Of a DNA stretch of 64,000 nt, positions 40,841 to 50,620 are shown in pieces; position 1 is the first letter of the stretch; every line of letters starts with the position of its first letter. The position numbers and the translations under genes are program-made. Source of the stretch: an uncultured Desulfospira sp. (lineage in GTDB: Bacteria > Desulfobacterota > Desulfobacteria > Desulfobacterales > Desulfobacteraceae); the NCBI GenBank assembly GCA_963663165.1, contig OY760175.1:3232001-3296000 (forward strand). Direction: 5' to 3'. The notes under the pieces were generated by a model, which saw only the letters and a program-made list of their open reading frames with translations, searched no databases and was not told the DNA's origin.

Positions 40841-43800
40841 ATGTCTGAGATATTCCGAAAACTTGTTCTGGTTCCGGCATGTTTACTCCTGATGTTCCCG
40901 GTTCTTTGCCTGGGAGCGGACCGGCTTTACTTTGTCCATTTGGTGGAGCACGATCTGAGCAGCAATCCCAGGGTCATCCTGGAGTGGGGGCCCTTAGAGG
41001 GGAATGTGCCCGAAGAGATTGATTCCTTTAACCTTTACCGGTCCATCAATTCCGGCGATTTTGAACTGCTTGCCGCCATGGATTACCAGGTGGCCGATCC
41101 CCTGGCCATCCGGGATTTTGTGGAAAATGATTTCAATCAGGACCGGCAAGCGGAACTGATCCGGCTGCTCAACCAGATGAGCAGCGCCCAGACCCCGCCG
41201 GGCCCGGCCATTGACAAGACCAATTTCCCCGGCTTTATCCACAGCATCATTGACCCGGCCTCAGACACCTTCAATCCTCTCCAGCGCATGCTTTTGATCC
41301 GCTTTCATCCCGGGGTTGCCCGAGCCGCAGGCCTTGCCTTTATCGATGAGGCTCCGGGAGCCTTACCGGTGCAATACCTGCTTACCGCCACAGCCAATGG
41401 CACAGAATCTCTTCCCATCGGCAAAACCCCCAAGATGAGTACCAGCTTAGATACGGTTCTTCCCGCACCCCAGGGACTGGTCCAGGTCAGAACGGCGGGC
41501 TGCTCTCTGATCCGGAAAAACCTGGACGATCTGCGGGTCCACCTGAACTGGGCGGTGCCAAACCAGCCCCAGGACATTGGATTGAATATCCTGACATACG
41601 GCTATGACGTGTTCTGGGCCGAAACCGACCTGGGGGTGCTGGATTTCAGTGCCGGGATCCCCACGGGCCTTTACCGGGTGAACGAAAAACCCGTGGTGGT
41701 ATCGGGCCAGGCCCCGGAAGAAGAAAAAGACGGGTACCTGGTCCGGGATACAGCTGAAAATCATTTGACCGGGCCCGAATGGACCCGGGGCCAGACCTTT
41801 TATTACTATCTGGTGGCCCGGGACCTGGCCGGCAACTATTCCCAGGCCGCGGCCCCCATTGAGGCCACCGTGGTGGACGGCCAGCCCCCGGTATCCCCTT
41901 TCCGCCTTCACACCAAAGAGCTGTCTCAAATTTCAGGGGATGATGCCCTTCCCCGCCTGGCCCTGGTCTGGGACCAGATCAACCCGGTAAACTATATCCG
42001 GTACTACGGCACCAACCGGACCGTGTGTGGCACCGATGACCATGAGGTGTGCACGGCCCCTTCGGCCCAGGCCTGTTCCGATGAAACCCAGATCCGCTGT
42101 ATGGACCTTGATGTGGACCAATACCATGTGTTCCGGTTTGATTCCCCCCGGGAGGCGGCCGCCTGGGGAACGGATACCGACGGGGATTTATGGCCTGACG
42201 AGATAGAGGAAGATGAGGACACCGACCCCTGCGACCCGGACGAATTTCCCGACGACAGCCCGCCCTCTGAACGGGTGGCGGTCATTGACCAGACCGATAC
42301 CAATTTTCAAAACGCCCTTGCCGACAGGCATGTTCAGATGGTTTATGTGGACACGGATCTGGACGACACCATGTTGGACAAGGTCTTTTATTACCGGGTA
42401 ATGGCCCGGGACAGTTCCGGCAATTTGAGCCCCATGTCCGCCCCTATCAGGGGGGTCCTCTATGACCGGACCCAGCCCGAAGCTTCGGCAAGCCTTTCGG
42501 TTCTGGACTGTTCCTCCTTTTTTGCCGCCCATGAGGATACCACCGAATACGTTCAGGCAAGCGAGGTCTTAACCCTGGTGGACACCACGGGAAAAGCCGG
42601 CCGGTTTACCCTTTTCAGAGACTGCCAAAGTTCAACCCATATGATCTATGATGAGGCGGTCCTGTCCGGGTACATGGACAACGGGATGGCCATGATCAAC
42701 GCTGAAGACATCCCGGCCAGCCAGTGTGGAACAGAAGGGTGCGACGGGGGAACCACCCTGGGCTATTATGTGGTGTTCAAAGATACCAATGGATTTGCCA
42801 TGGCCCAGTCCGACACCTTTTCGATAACAAGCCTTTGTTCGGACTATAACGGTGCCGTGGTGCTGGACGGCAAATGCATCTGGAACACCCCCCTGCCCGG
42901 GGCCGTGGCAGACGGCGCCATCAAGGTCTGTGCCGATCTTTCCTTGGGGCAGACCGCACGGGTTTACCACGAAATTGCAGGAAAGATGTCCCCCATCCGG
43001 ACCATCGCCTATGCCCCGGATGCCGAAAACGATGATCTGTCCTGTGAGGAAATCTCCGACATGGCCGGGCTGACCGCTTCGGATCTGTGCCTTGGGGTAA
43101 GGGTATTCAGTGAAAACCATGTGGGATCGGGCATGGCTTACTTAAACTGCCTGACCGTTGCCGATGCCGACGCCTCCCCGCCCCCGGCCCCCCTGGTCCA
43201 GGGGGTGTTCAGCAAAGAAACTCAAGGAGAAGAACCCTATTTTGAACTCCGGTGGTCGGCCCCCTCACAAGGCATGGCCGGTTTTATTGTGTCTTTGACA
43301 AGCGATGCCGGAACCAAACAAAAGACCGTGTTTCCGGAAGCACCCGGTGATAACGGTCAGTTCAGCGCCGATATCATGCTGTCGGCCTCAACGGATCTGA
43401 ACACCGAGTGGTGCGTTAAAATGCGGGCCATCGGCACCGATATGAAGATGAGCGACTGGTCCGAGCAGACCTGCGCTGAGTGGACGGCCCAGGAGCCTGA
43501 AAGCTTAAGCTGGCCCCACGTGTCCCAGCCCCCCAAAACCGGCAATGTCCGGGCGGTCTTCATCAATGAAGGATCTTTAGGGGGACGGCCCGCCCTGGTG
43601 TTTAACCCGGATTTTACCACCACCTTGTCCGCCCTTGACTGCCAGTATTCCGATACCGGCAAATGCATAGACGAGGTCCCGGTCTGTACCGGCAGCAGCC
43701 TTTGTGTCGCCTGGCAGCAGGAAACCGACGGCACCATTATTGATACCCCGGTGGATTTTTCCAATGATGCGGCCGGCAATTATGTCTACGCCCTGGTGGG

Positions 43801-44188
43801 ACAGAAAAATTTTATCTTGTACCGGCAGGAGCAGGGCCGGGACTTTGTCCAGGTCTCTCCCCTCATCGAAGGGTTTAATTTCTCCCGCAAATCGGTTTAC
43901 GTTCACAACATTACCAATAATTTCTGGGAATGGCACCACTATTACAGGCTCAATAATCCCTTTTACTTTCTTCGCAACCTTGAGGAAAGCGCCATCGGCG
44001 GAACCGATCCGTTAACCGGGCTTGCCCTTGACCCGGCCGAATTTATTGGGGCCAGGATGCTGATCCTTGACCGGTATCCCTATACCCCCGGCACCACCGT
44101 CCGGTATAAAATGGTGTTCTTTGATCCCAAAACCCGCGAGCCGTCATCGGTTCAGACCAGCAACTGGCTCACACTGCCATCATTGTAA
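40841..44188 (+). CDS. Large secreted protein with fibronectin type III-like domains
   Basis: Signal peptide; repeated LxW...YYxxxARDxxGNxS patterns; DTDGDLWPD Ca-binding-like motif; Cys-rich inserts. Confidence 0.75.
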   Translation: MSEIFRKLVLVPACLLLMFPVLCLGADRLYFVHLVEHDLSSNPRVILEWGPLEGNVPEEIDSFNLYRSINSGDFELLAAMDYQVADPLAIRDFVENDFNQDRQAELIRLLNQMSSAQTPPGPAIDKTNFPGFIHSIIDPASDTFNPLQRMLLIRFHPGVARAAGLAFIDEAPGALPVQYLLTATANGTESLPIGKTPKMSTSLDTVLPAPQGLVQVRTAGCSLIRKNLDDLRVHLNWAVPNQPQDIGLNILTYGYDVFWAETDLGVLDFSAGIPTGLYRVNEKPVVVSGQAPEEEKDGYLVRDTAENHLTGPEWTRGQTFYYYLVARDLAGNYSQAAAPIEATVVDGQPPVSPFRLHTKELSQISGDDALPRLALVWDQINPVNYIRYYGTNRTVCGTDDHEVCTAPSAQACSDETQIRCMDLDVDQYHVFRFDSPREAAAWGTDTDGDLWPDEIEEDEDTDPCDPDEFPDDSPPSERVAVIDQTDTNFQNALADRHVQMVYVDTDLDDTMLDKVFYYRVMARDSSGNLSPMSAPIRGVLYDRTQPEASASLSVLDCSSFFAAHEDTTEYVQASEVLTLVDTTGKAGRFTLFRDCQSSTHMIYDEAVLSGYMDNGMAMINAEDIPASQCGTEGCDGGTTLGYYVVFKDTNGFAMAQSDTFSITSLCSDYNGAVVLDGKCIWNTPLPGAVADGAIKVCADLSLGQTARVYHEIAGKMSPIRTIAYAPDAENDDLSCEEISDMAGLTASDLCLGVRVFSENHVGSGMAYLNCLTVADADASPPPAPLVQGVFSKETQGEEPYFELRWSAPSQGMAGFIVSLTSDAGTKQKTVFPEAPGDNGQFSADIMLSASTDLNTEWCVKMRAIGTDMKMSDWSEQTCAEWTAQEPESLSWPHVSQPPKTGNVRAVFINEGSLGGRPALVFNPDFTTTLSALDCQYSDTGKCIDEVPVCTGSSLCVAWQQETDGTIIDTPVDFSNDAAGNYVYALVGQKNFILYRQEQGRDFVQVSPLIEGFNFSRKSVYVHNITNNFWEWHHYYRLNNPFYFLRNLEESAIGGTDPLTGLALDPAEFIGARMLILDRYPYTPGTTVRYKMVFFDPKTREPSSVQTSNWLTLPSL

Positions 44189-44200
44189 GGAAAGATAAAG

Positions 44201-47200
44201 ATGATCCATCTGACCCGTATCATCCCCCGGTTGAAACCCTTTTTGTGGGTTGTTCTGATGGTCCTGCTGTGCCCCTCATGGGCGGCGGCATGGGATCAAA
44301 CCCTCCATGAAAATATCCTGGTGTTTGACGAGACCGGCCAGCCCGTGGCCGGATACCATACCGGCAACTGGTCCACAAAGGTGGATACTTCAGGACTGGT
44401 GCGCTTTGAGCTGTGGACCCAGGGGTCCCCGCCCGCCCTTTCAGGCCCGGGAACAGACGCCATCACCCTGGAAGCAGGACAGGTGGCGGTTCCCAACTAT
44501 ACCCCGGGCAGCAGTGTGGCCCCTTCATCCGGGGTTCCGGCGGTTTCCCTGTACAGCTTTGATGCATCGGTATTTCCCTCAACGGCTCCGGGAAAAGTGC
44601 CGGGCATTTCCATCACCCCCACCCCCGGGTCCTACACCCATACCCTGGCGGTGGAACTGACGGCTTATGCCTTAGAAGGCGATCCCGTGGTTCAGATCAA
44701 AAATGCGGCCGGGACCTGGGAGGACAGGGGAAATCCCTGTGTGATCTATATTTCCCGGGACAGGGTTATCCAGGCCCGGGCATCCAATGACGGCAACTAT
44801 TCCGATGAAAAGACCTATTCTTATACAGTGTCCCAGCCGGCCCTGGTGGACTCGGATTCCGACGGCATCCCCGATGTCTGGGAGATCCAGTTCGGGTTCA
44901 ATCCCCTCTCTTCAAAAGAAAACCCCCTTGATGTGGACACGGACCTGGACGGGGTTTCGGACTTTGATGAAATTTTGCGGGGGACGGACCCGAAAAACAA
45001 CGGCTCCGTACCCGTTGACAGAGATCTTGACGGGTGGAGCGACCTGGATGAAACCTTAAGGGGGACCAGCCCCACAACCCGCCGGGATACGCCTACCGCC
45101 ACCCGGCTCTACGAAATAGAGACCAAGACGTCCGGGACCTTCCTGGACCATGAAGGGAGCTCGCTTGCCCTGGCCGTTTTCGAAGTGGAAACCGTGAACG
45201 GCGAGGAAAGGGCCCAGGGCCAGGCCGATGACTCAGGCAATTATTCCTGCCGGATCCCCAGGGGAACCGAAACGGTGATCCGGGTGGTTTCAAACCTGAA
45301 TTCCGCCTATACCATGAAACGGTTCTTTCCCGATATGGCCGATCTCACGCCTGCCGACATGGTGTTTACGGAAGAGGACTGCACCGGCGGCGATCCCTCT
45401 TTATACTGGCAGGAGTGGCAGAGCGCCTGGTGGGCATACCTTGGCGAACATCTGGTGGTGACCGAAAAATATGTGCCCGTTGATCCCTCTTTTACGGTTG
45501 TGGTGGGGCTGCTTGAACGACAGCTTGAAATCCTCACCGGCGCAGTCCCCGAAGAAGTTCTGTACAGCCTGCCTGAAGGGACCCCGGAAGAATTCTGGCT
45601 CTCCTTTGCCCTTTTCGGCCACCGGCCGGCACCTTCGGTGGTGGAAGCCCTTAAAACCATGATCGCAAGCCCCCGGACCCTGGCCTTTGATGAAGACCGG
45701 ATCCAGCCGCCCCGGACCCTGAGCAATCTTGTGGAAGATATAGAAACCCTCATGGCCCAGCCCTGCCAGACCCTGGCCTCCCAGGCGGCGTCCCTTTATG
45801 AGGACACATCTTCAGGGGATTTAATGGATGACAGAATGTCCCGGCTCCTCCAGGGGTCTGAAGGCACCTATCTTTCCGGACTGCTCATGGCCTATGCCAT
45901 GGATGCCGTCACCGGATATTCCGTTAATCTGTGCCATGTGCTGGACCCCCTTGAAGACAGTGACCAGGACGGGATTGCCAACGGCATGGAAACGGCAACA
46001 GCCCTGCTGCCCCACGGCGTTTCAGACCCCTTTGCCCTGGATACCGACACCGACGGCATCACCGATGACCAGGACAACTGTACCCTGGTTTATAATCCGG
46101 ACCAATTGGACCGGGATCAGGACGGGGCCGGAGACCTGTGTGACAGCGATGACGACAATGACGGCCTTGACGACGAGATTGAAACCGCTTTCGGGTCCAA
46201 TCCCTATGACGACGACACGGATGATGACGGAGAAAAGGACCTTGCCGAGTGGCAGGCCGCCTCAGATCCGGGCATTGCCGTTTACCTGACCCATTTTACC
46301 TCCCCCTCCAACCAGACCGGACAGACCGTGACCGGATTCAGGGAAGAAAATGCCACGGTTTTACTTGCCATCACCGGTGGTGCTACCCTTGGAACAGTGC
46401 TTTACCCCACCCCCACCACCTTTTCCTGCGCCCTGTCCGATATGACCGGAGAGGGCAGCTATACCTTAAGTCTTACCGGAAGCGACGGTACGGGCAGAGA
46501 GGGAATCAGCACCCAGGAAATCCAGGTTGATCTGACCGCTCCGGTGGTGGACATCACCTCTCCCGAAGACGGTTCGGTTCTGGACCTCAACACCCCCCTG
46601 CTGGTATTTTCAGCCTCAGAAGGCTCGGTTCTGGTCCGGGTAGACGAAGAGACCGTCTCCATTGATTCAGGAGAGGCCCTTTCCGCGCTCACAGAGGGAG
46701 ACCATCTTATCCGCATCACCGCCGTGGATGGGGCCGGCAACACCGGATTTGATGAAATCACCTTTACCGTTGACGCCAACCGGCCGCCCCTGGCCCATGC
46801 CGGGCCGGATCAGACCGTTGCCCCGGACGCACCGGTCTCCTTAAGCGGGGTAAACACCATAGATCTGGACAATGGAATCACGGGCTTTGCCTGGCAGCAG
46901 ACCGCAGGCGAAACCGTCACCCTCACCGGCAGCGATACCTCCCTGGCCGCCTTTACCGCCCCGCTGACCCAAGGGGCCATGGCCTTTGAACTCACGGTCA
47001 CCGACGAATCCGGGGAAACCGCCACGGCCCGCTGTCTGGTCAATGTATCTGATGACAACCTGCCCCCCACAGCCGATGCGGGAGACGATATGACCGTCCT
47101 TCCTGCCACTGTCATTCAGCTGGACGGATCCGCCTCCCTGGACCCCGAAGCCCAGAATCTGACCTTTTCCTGGCAACAGGCGGCAGGGCCGGGGGTTGTC

Positions 47201-47743
47201 TTAAGCGATACAAGCCTTGCATCCCCGGAATTTACCGCCCCGTCCCCGGCAGATGACGGCGCCTCCCTGATTTTTGAACTCACGGTCACCGATGGGGAAG
47301 GCCTCATGGCCCGGGACCAGGTGGTGGTGTCCGTGAAAGGCACCAACACCGCGCCCCTGGCCAATGCCGGTCCGGACCAGGAGGTAGACCCCGGGCAGGT
47401 AGTGATCCTTTCGGGCAGCCAGTCCCAGGACAGTGACGGCACCCTTGAGACAAGCCAGTGGCAGGATATTTCAGGAAATCCCGTCACCCTGGATGGCCCG
47501 GGCGCATTGACCACCACCTTTACGGCCCCTGAAACAGCCTCGCTTTTTACAACGCTCCGGCTGCGGCTCACCGTAACGGACAACGCAGGCCTTCTGGATC
47601 AGGATGAACTGGACATCACCATTGTCCGGATGGACCAGGACGATGACCTGGATGTGGACGGGAAAGACCTGTTTTGGCTGATTCAACAGCCCGGTCTTTC
47701 CAGAGATTCCATCAAGGCCTTTGCTGAACGGTTCGGGCTGTAA
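44201..47743 (+). CDS. Large secreted protein with thrombospondin-type-3 Ca repeats, Ig-like and three PKD/REJ-like domains, and a dockerin-like tail
   Basis: DSDSDGIPD, DTDTDGITDDQDNCTLVYNPDQLDRDQDGAGDLCD, three NxxPxAxAGxD repeats, DQDDDLDVDGKDL...FAERFG. Confidence 0.8.
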   Translation: MIHLTRIIPRLKPFLWVVLMVLLCPSWAAAWDQTLHENILVFDETGQPVAGYHTGNWSTKVDTSGLVRFELWTQGSPPALSGPGTDAITLEAGQVAVPNYTPGSSVAPSSGVPAVSLYSFDASVFPSTAPGKVPGISITPTPGSYTHTLAVELTAYALEGDPVVQIKNAAGTWEDRGNPCVIYISRDRVIQARASNDGNYSDEKTYSYTVSQPALVDSDSDGIPDVWEIQFGFNPLSSKENPLDVDTDLDGVSDFDEILRGTDPKNNGSVPVDRDLDGWSDLDETLRGTSPTTRRDTPTATRLYEIETKTSGTFLDHEGSSLALAVFEVETVNGEERAQGQADDSGNYSCRIPRGTETVIRVVSNLNSAYTMKRFFPDMADLTPADMVFTEEDCTGGDPSLYWQEWQSAWWAYLGEHLVVTEKYVPVDPSFTVVVGLLERQLEILTGAVPEEVLYSLPEGTPEEFWLSFALFGHRPAPSVVEALKTMIASPRTLAFDEDRIQPPRTLSNLVEDIETLMAQPCQTLASQAASLYEDTSSGDLMDDRMSRLLQGSEGTYLSGLLMAYAMDAVTGYSVNLCHVLDPLEDSDQDGIANGMETATALLPHGVSDPFALDTDTDGITDDQDNCTLVYNPDQLDRDQDGAGDLCDSDDDNDGLDDEIETAFGSNPYDDDTDDDGEKDLAEWQAASDPGIAVYLTHFTSPSNQTGQTVTGFREENATVLLAITGGATLGTVLYPTPTTFSCALSDMTGEGSYTLSLTGSDGTGREGISTQEIQVDLTAPVVDITSPEDGSVLDLNTPLLVFSASEGSVLVRVDEETVSIDSGEALSALTEGDHLIRITAVDGAGNTGFDEITFTVDANRPPLAHAGPDQTVAPDAPVSLSGVNTIDLDNGITGFAWQQTAGETVTLTGSDTSLAAFTAPLTQGAMAFELTVTDESGETATARCLVNVSDDNLPPTADAGDDMTVLPATVIQLDGSASLDPEAQNLTFSWQQAAGPGVVLSDTSLASPEFTAPSPADDGASLIFELTVTDGEGLMARDQVVVSVKGTNTAPLANAGPDQEVDPGQVVILSGSQSQDSDGTLETSQWQDISGNPVTLDGPGALTTTFTAPETASLFTTLRLRLTVTDNAGLLDQDELDITIVRMDQDDDLDVDGKDLFWLIQQPGLSRDSIKAFAERFGL

Positions 47744-48034
47744 AGAGATTTGGCTGTTTCATAAAAAGGGGACCATCGCAATCATTTCCATGCTGAAGTG
47801 ACGGTGAATTTGTTCTAACCACAAATTAACTAATTTTAGGCCCTTCGAGTTGTTAATTTCACCCTGATGGTCCCCCCCGAATTGAAATTTTTAAAAAAAT
47901 CGCTTACATTTTTCGCCGATTCATACTATAGATAATAACTACCATTTATTATGCCTAAAATTTGTAACGTTAGCGAAGGCCCATTACGGGAACATAACAC
48001 CGTATATTCCTTATTATTTTAGGAGTATTTATTA

Positions 48035-49699
48035 ATGCCGGATAAGCCAACGTACGAACAATTGGAACAGCGCGTCAAAGACCTTGAGCAAAATGAGATT
48101 AAGCACCAGCGGATTGAAAAAGAGCTGAAAATAAGTAAAAAATTACTCCGGGACGTCATGGATATGGCCCCTGTCTTTATCTGCGCTAAAAATATGGATG
48201 GAAAATTCATTCTGGCCAACAAGAAACTGGCGGATTTTTACCAGACAACGGTTGATGAAATTTTAAAAGGGGCCCATGCCGACATCTGCGAAGACAAAGA
48301 CGAACTAAGGTCAATGATTGCCGATGACCATGAAGTGATTAACAGCGGCAAGCCCAAACTTATTTCAGAGGAAACCATGAAATCCCCGGACGGGCAGGTT
48401 GTCATACTTGAAACCTGCAAAATCCCTTTCACAGCCTATGATGACCCGGCGGTTTTAATAGTCGCCACCGATATCACCGCCCGGAAACGCGATGAGGAAG
48501 AACGGAAAAAACTTGAGGACCAGATCCGGCATTCCCAGAAACTTGAATCTTTAGGCCGCCTGGCCGGGGGCGTTGCCCATGACCTGAACAACCTGCTGTC
48601 GCCGATTCTCGGGTATAGCGAACTCCTTTTTTATAACGCTAAAGAAAATGATAAGCACAAGGAATTCATTGAGCAGATCATACAGGCCAGCCGGCGGGCC
48701 AAAGATATTGTCCGCCAGCTGCTCACCTTCAGCAGAAAGCAGCCCCTTGAATTCAAAGATATTGATATAAACAAAATCTTGGCCCGGTTTGAAAAACTGC
48801 TGGTCCGGACCCTGAGAGAGGATATCACGGTCAACATAAAGCCGGCCCCCCATGTGCCCATGATCCTTGGCGATATCGGACAGCTTGAACAGGTGATCAT
48901 GAACCTGAGTGTCAATGCCCAGGACGCCATGGCCGAAGGCGGCACCCTGATCTTTGAAACATCTTTCAAAGAAGTGGGGAGAAACACAAGCTGCTTTGAT
49001 GAGAAAGTCATACCGGGAAAATATGTGGTGCTGAGCGTCAGCGACAACGGATGCGGCATGGATGATGAAACCCGCCGGAATCTGTTTGATCCTTTTTTTT
49101 CAACAAAGGGGAATCGCGGTACCGGTTTGGGACTTTCAATGGTTTACGGCATTATCAAACAGCATGGCGGATATGTTTTTGTGAACAGTAAACCGGGCAA
49201 AGGGAGTACATTTAACATTTACCTGCCCGCATCCCGGGAAATAGAAATGAAACTGGAAAATGACGCTGCCATTGCACCGAACCTGTACGGAAATGAAACC
49301 ATTCTAATCGTAGAAGATAACCCCCAGGTCAGGAAGGTGGCCCACGATATTCTCATGCTCCATGGATATACGGTCCTGGAAGCCGAGAATGGAGAACGTG
49401 CCATGGAGATTCTAAATGAGTATGAAGAACCGGTACACCTGGTCCTGACCGATGTTATCATGCCCAAAATGGATGGAAAAAAACTGGCCGATCAAATAGC
49501 GGATTCTGATCCTGAAGTGAAAATTTTATACATGTCCGGTTATACCGACGACATGATTGCCCATCACGGCGTACTGAATGGGGACTTGAACTTTATCCAG
49601 AAGCCGTTTTCCCTCCAGGCCCTGTCCATTAAAATCCGGGAAGTGCTGGACAGCTGTGAAACCGCCACTGGACAAAGTTTGCCGCCGGCAATGCCCTAA
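48035..49699 (+). CDS. PAS-domain hybrid sensor histidine kinase / response regulator
   Basis: GGVAHDLNN, NLSVNAQDA, SDNGCG, GTGLGL, LVLTDVIMP. Confidence 0.93.
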   Translation: MPDKPTYEQLEQRVKDLEQNEIKHQRIEKELKISKKLLRDVMDMAPVFICAKNMDGKFILANKKLADFYQTTVDEILKGAHADICEDKDELRSMIADDHEVINSGKPKLISEETMKSPDGQVVILETCKIPFTAYDDPAVLIVATDITARKRDEEERKKLEDQIRHSQKLESLGRLAGGVAHDLNNLLSPILGYSELLFYNAKENDKHKEFIEQIIQASRRAKDIVRQLLTFSRKQPLEFKDIDINKILARFEKLLVRTLREDITVNIKPAPHVPMILGDIGQLEQVIMNLSVNAQDAMAEGGTLIFETSFKEVGRNTSCFDEKVIPGKYVVLSVSDNGCGMDDETRRNLFDPFFSTKGNRGTGLGLSMVYGIIKQHGGYVFVNSKPGKGSTFNIYLPASREIEMKLENDAAIAPNLYGNETILIVEDNPQVRKVAHDILMLHGYTVLEAENGERAMEILNEYEEPVHLVLTDVIMPKMDGKKLADQIADSDPEVKILYMSGYTDDMIAHHGVLNGDLNFIQKPFSLQALSIKIREVLDSCETATGQSLPPAMP

Positions 49700-49782
49700 G
49701 AATTTTATCGGTGGCCGTTGGTTGGATTTTATTCAACCGGCTTAAAAATTGATACCGTGGTCAGGAAAAAAAGTTCGGATAC

Positions 49783-50436
49783 ATGAAGTTCTCATCTTTA
49801 TTAATCTCGGTCAAAACAAACCTGTCGCGCAAAGCCGGGATCCTGGCGGACTGGGTCCAGGGGTATGATTTCACAAGGGGGATGAAACCTGAAGATGCCG
49901 GTCTTGACCCCCGCTGTTCATATGGGTATGGCCCTTCGGGCAACAAATATTTGAAGCGCCTCTTAACTGTTCTTAAGATTACATCACGGGATGCTGTGAT
50001 AGACATCGGGTGCGGAAAAGGCAGCGGCATGAAAACCATGCTTAATTTTTCATTTTCCCGGGTGGACGGCGTTGAGTTGTCGGACCGGATCGCCCGGATT
50101 GGTATTCGAAATTTTAAACGGCTCCACGCGGACAGGGTAAAAATATTTATTTGCAACGCCGCCCTGTTTTCAGCATATGACGCTTACAATTTTGCGTATT
50201 TGTACAATCCGTTTCCCTGCCAGGTCATGGCGCAGGTGGTTAAGCGTTTAGAACGGTCCGTCCATCGCTCGCCAAGGGAATTTGTGATCATATATAACAA
50301 TGCGGTTTGCCACGAAACCGTTATTGCCCAAGGCGTATTTAATAAAAAAGGGGTTTCCCCGGACCAGTGGGGCAACGGGATAACCCTTTACTCAAATCGG
50401 GACGGTCAGAACTCCAGACTTTTTTGGTATCTTTGA
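49783..50436 (+). CDS. Class I SAM-dependent methyltransferase
   Basis: IDIGCGKG, GVELS, YLYNPF. Confidence 0.8.
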   Translation: MKFSSLLISVKTNLSRKAGILADWVQGYDFTRGMKPEDAGLDPRCSYGYGPSGNKYLKRLLTVLKITSRDAVIDIGCGKGSGMKTMLNFSFSRVDGVELSDRIARIGIRNFKRLHADRVKIFICNAALFSAYDAYNFAYLYNPFPCQVMAQVVKRLERSVHRSPREFVIIYNNAVCHETVIAQGVFNKKGVSPDQWGNGITLYSNRDGQNSRLFWYL

Positions 50437-50572
50437 GAATGGTGCCAACCCTTCCCCGCCGCTGGCCTGAAAGCGGAAAAATTGGTTTCCCGGGATGAAA
50501 ATTTTGTAATCGGTCTTTTTGATTTATCGGGTGATTTTTAAAATATCTCTTTAAAATCAATCCATTATGCTT

Positions 50573-50587
50573 TGGCATGCCTTTTGC
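50573..50587 (+). promoter_or_regulatory. Sigma54 -24/-12 promoter candidate for the GT2 gene
   Basis: TGGCATG-CCTT-TTGC, 34 bp before the ORF, AAGGAG RBS. Confidence 0.7.
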
Positions 50588-50620
50588 CACATCGGGTAGT
50601 GGATTTAACTTAAAGGAGAT

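Noticed and set aside
47768..47875. Degenerate MITE bounded by GGGGACCATC/GATGGTCCCC
   Set aside because: Only a 10-bp IR, no TSD, and a single copy in the window
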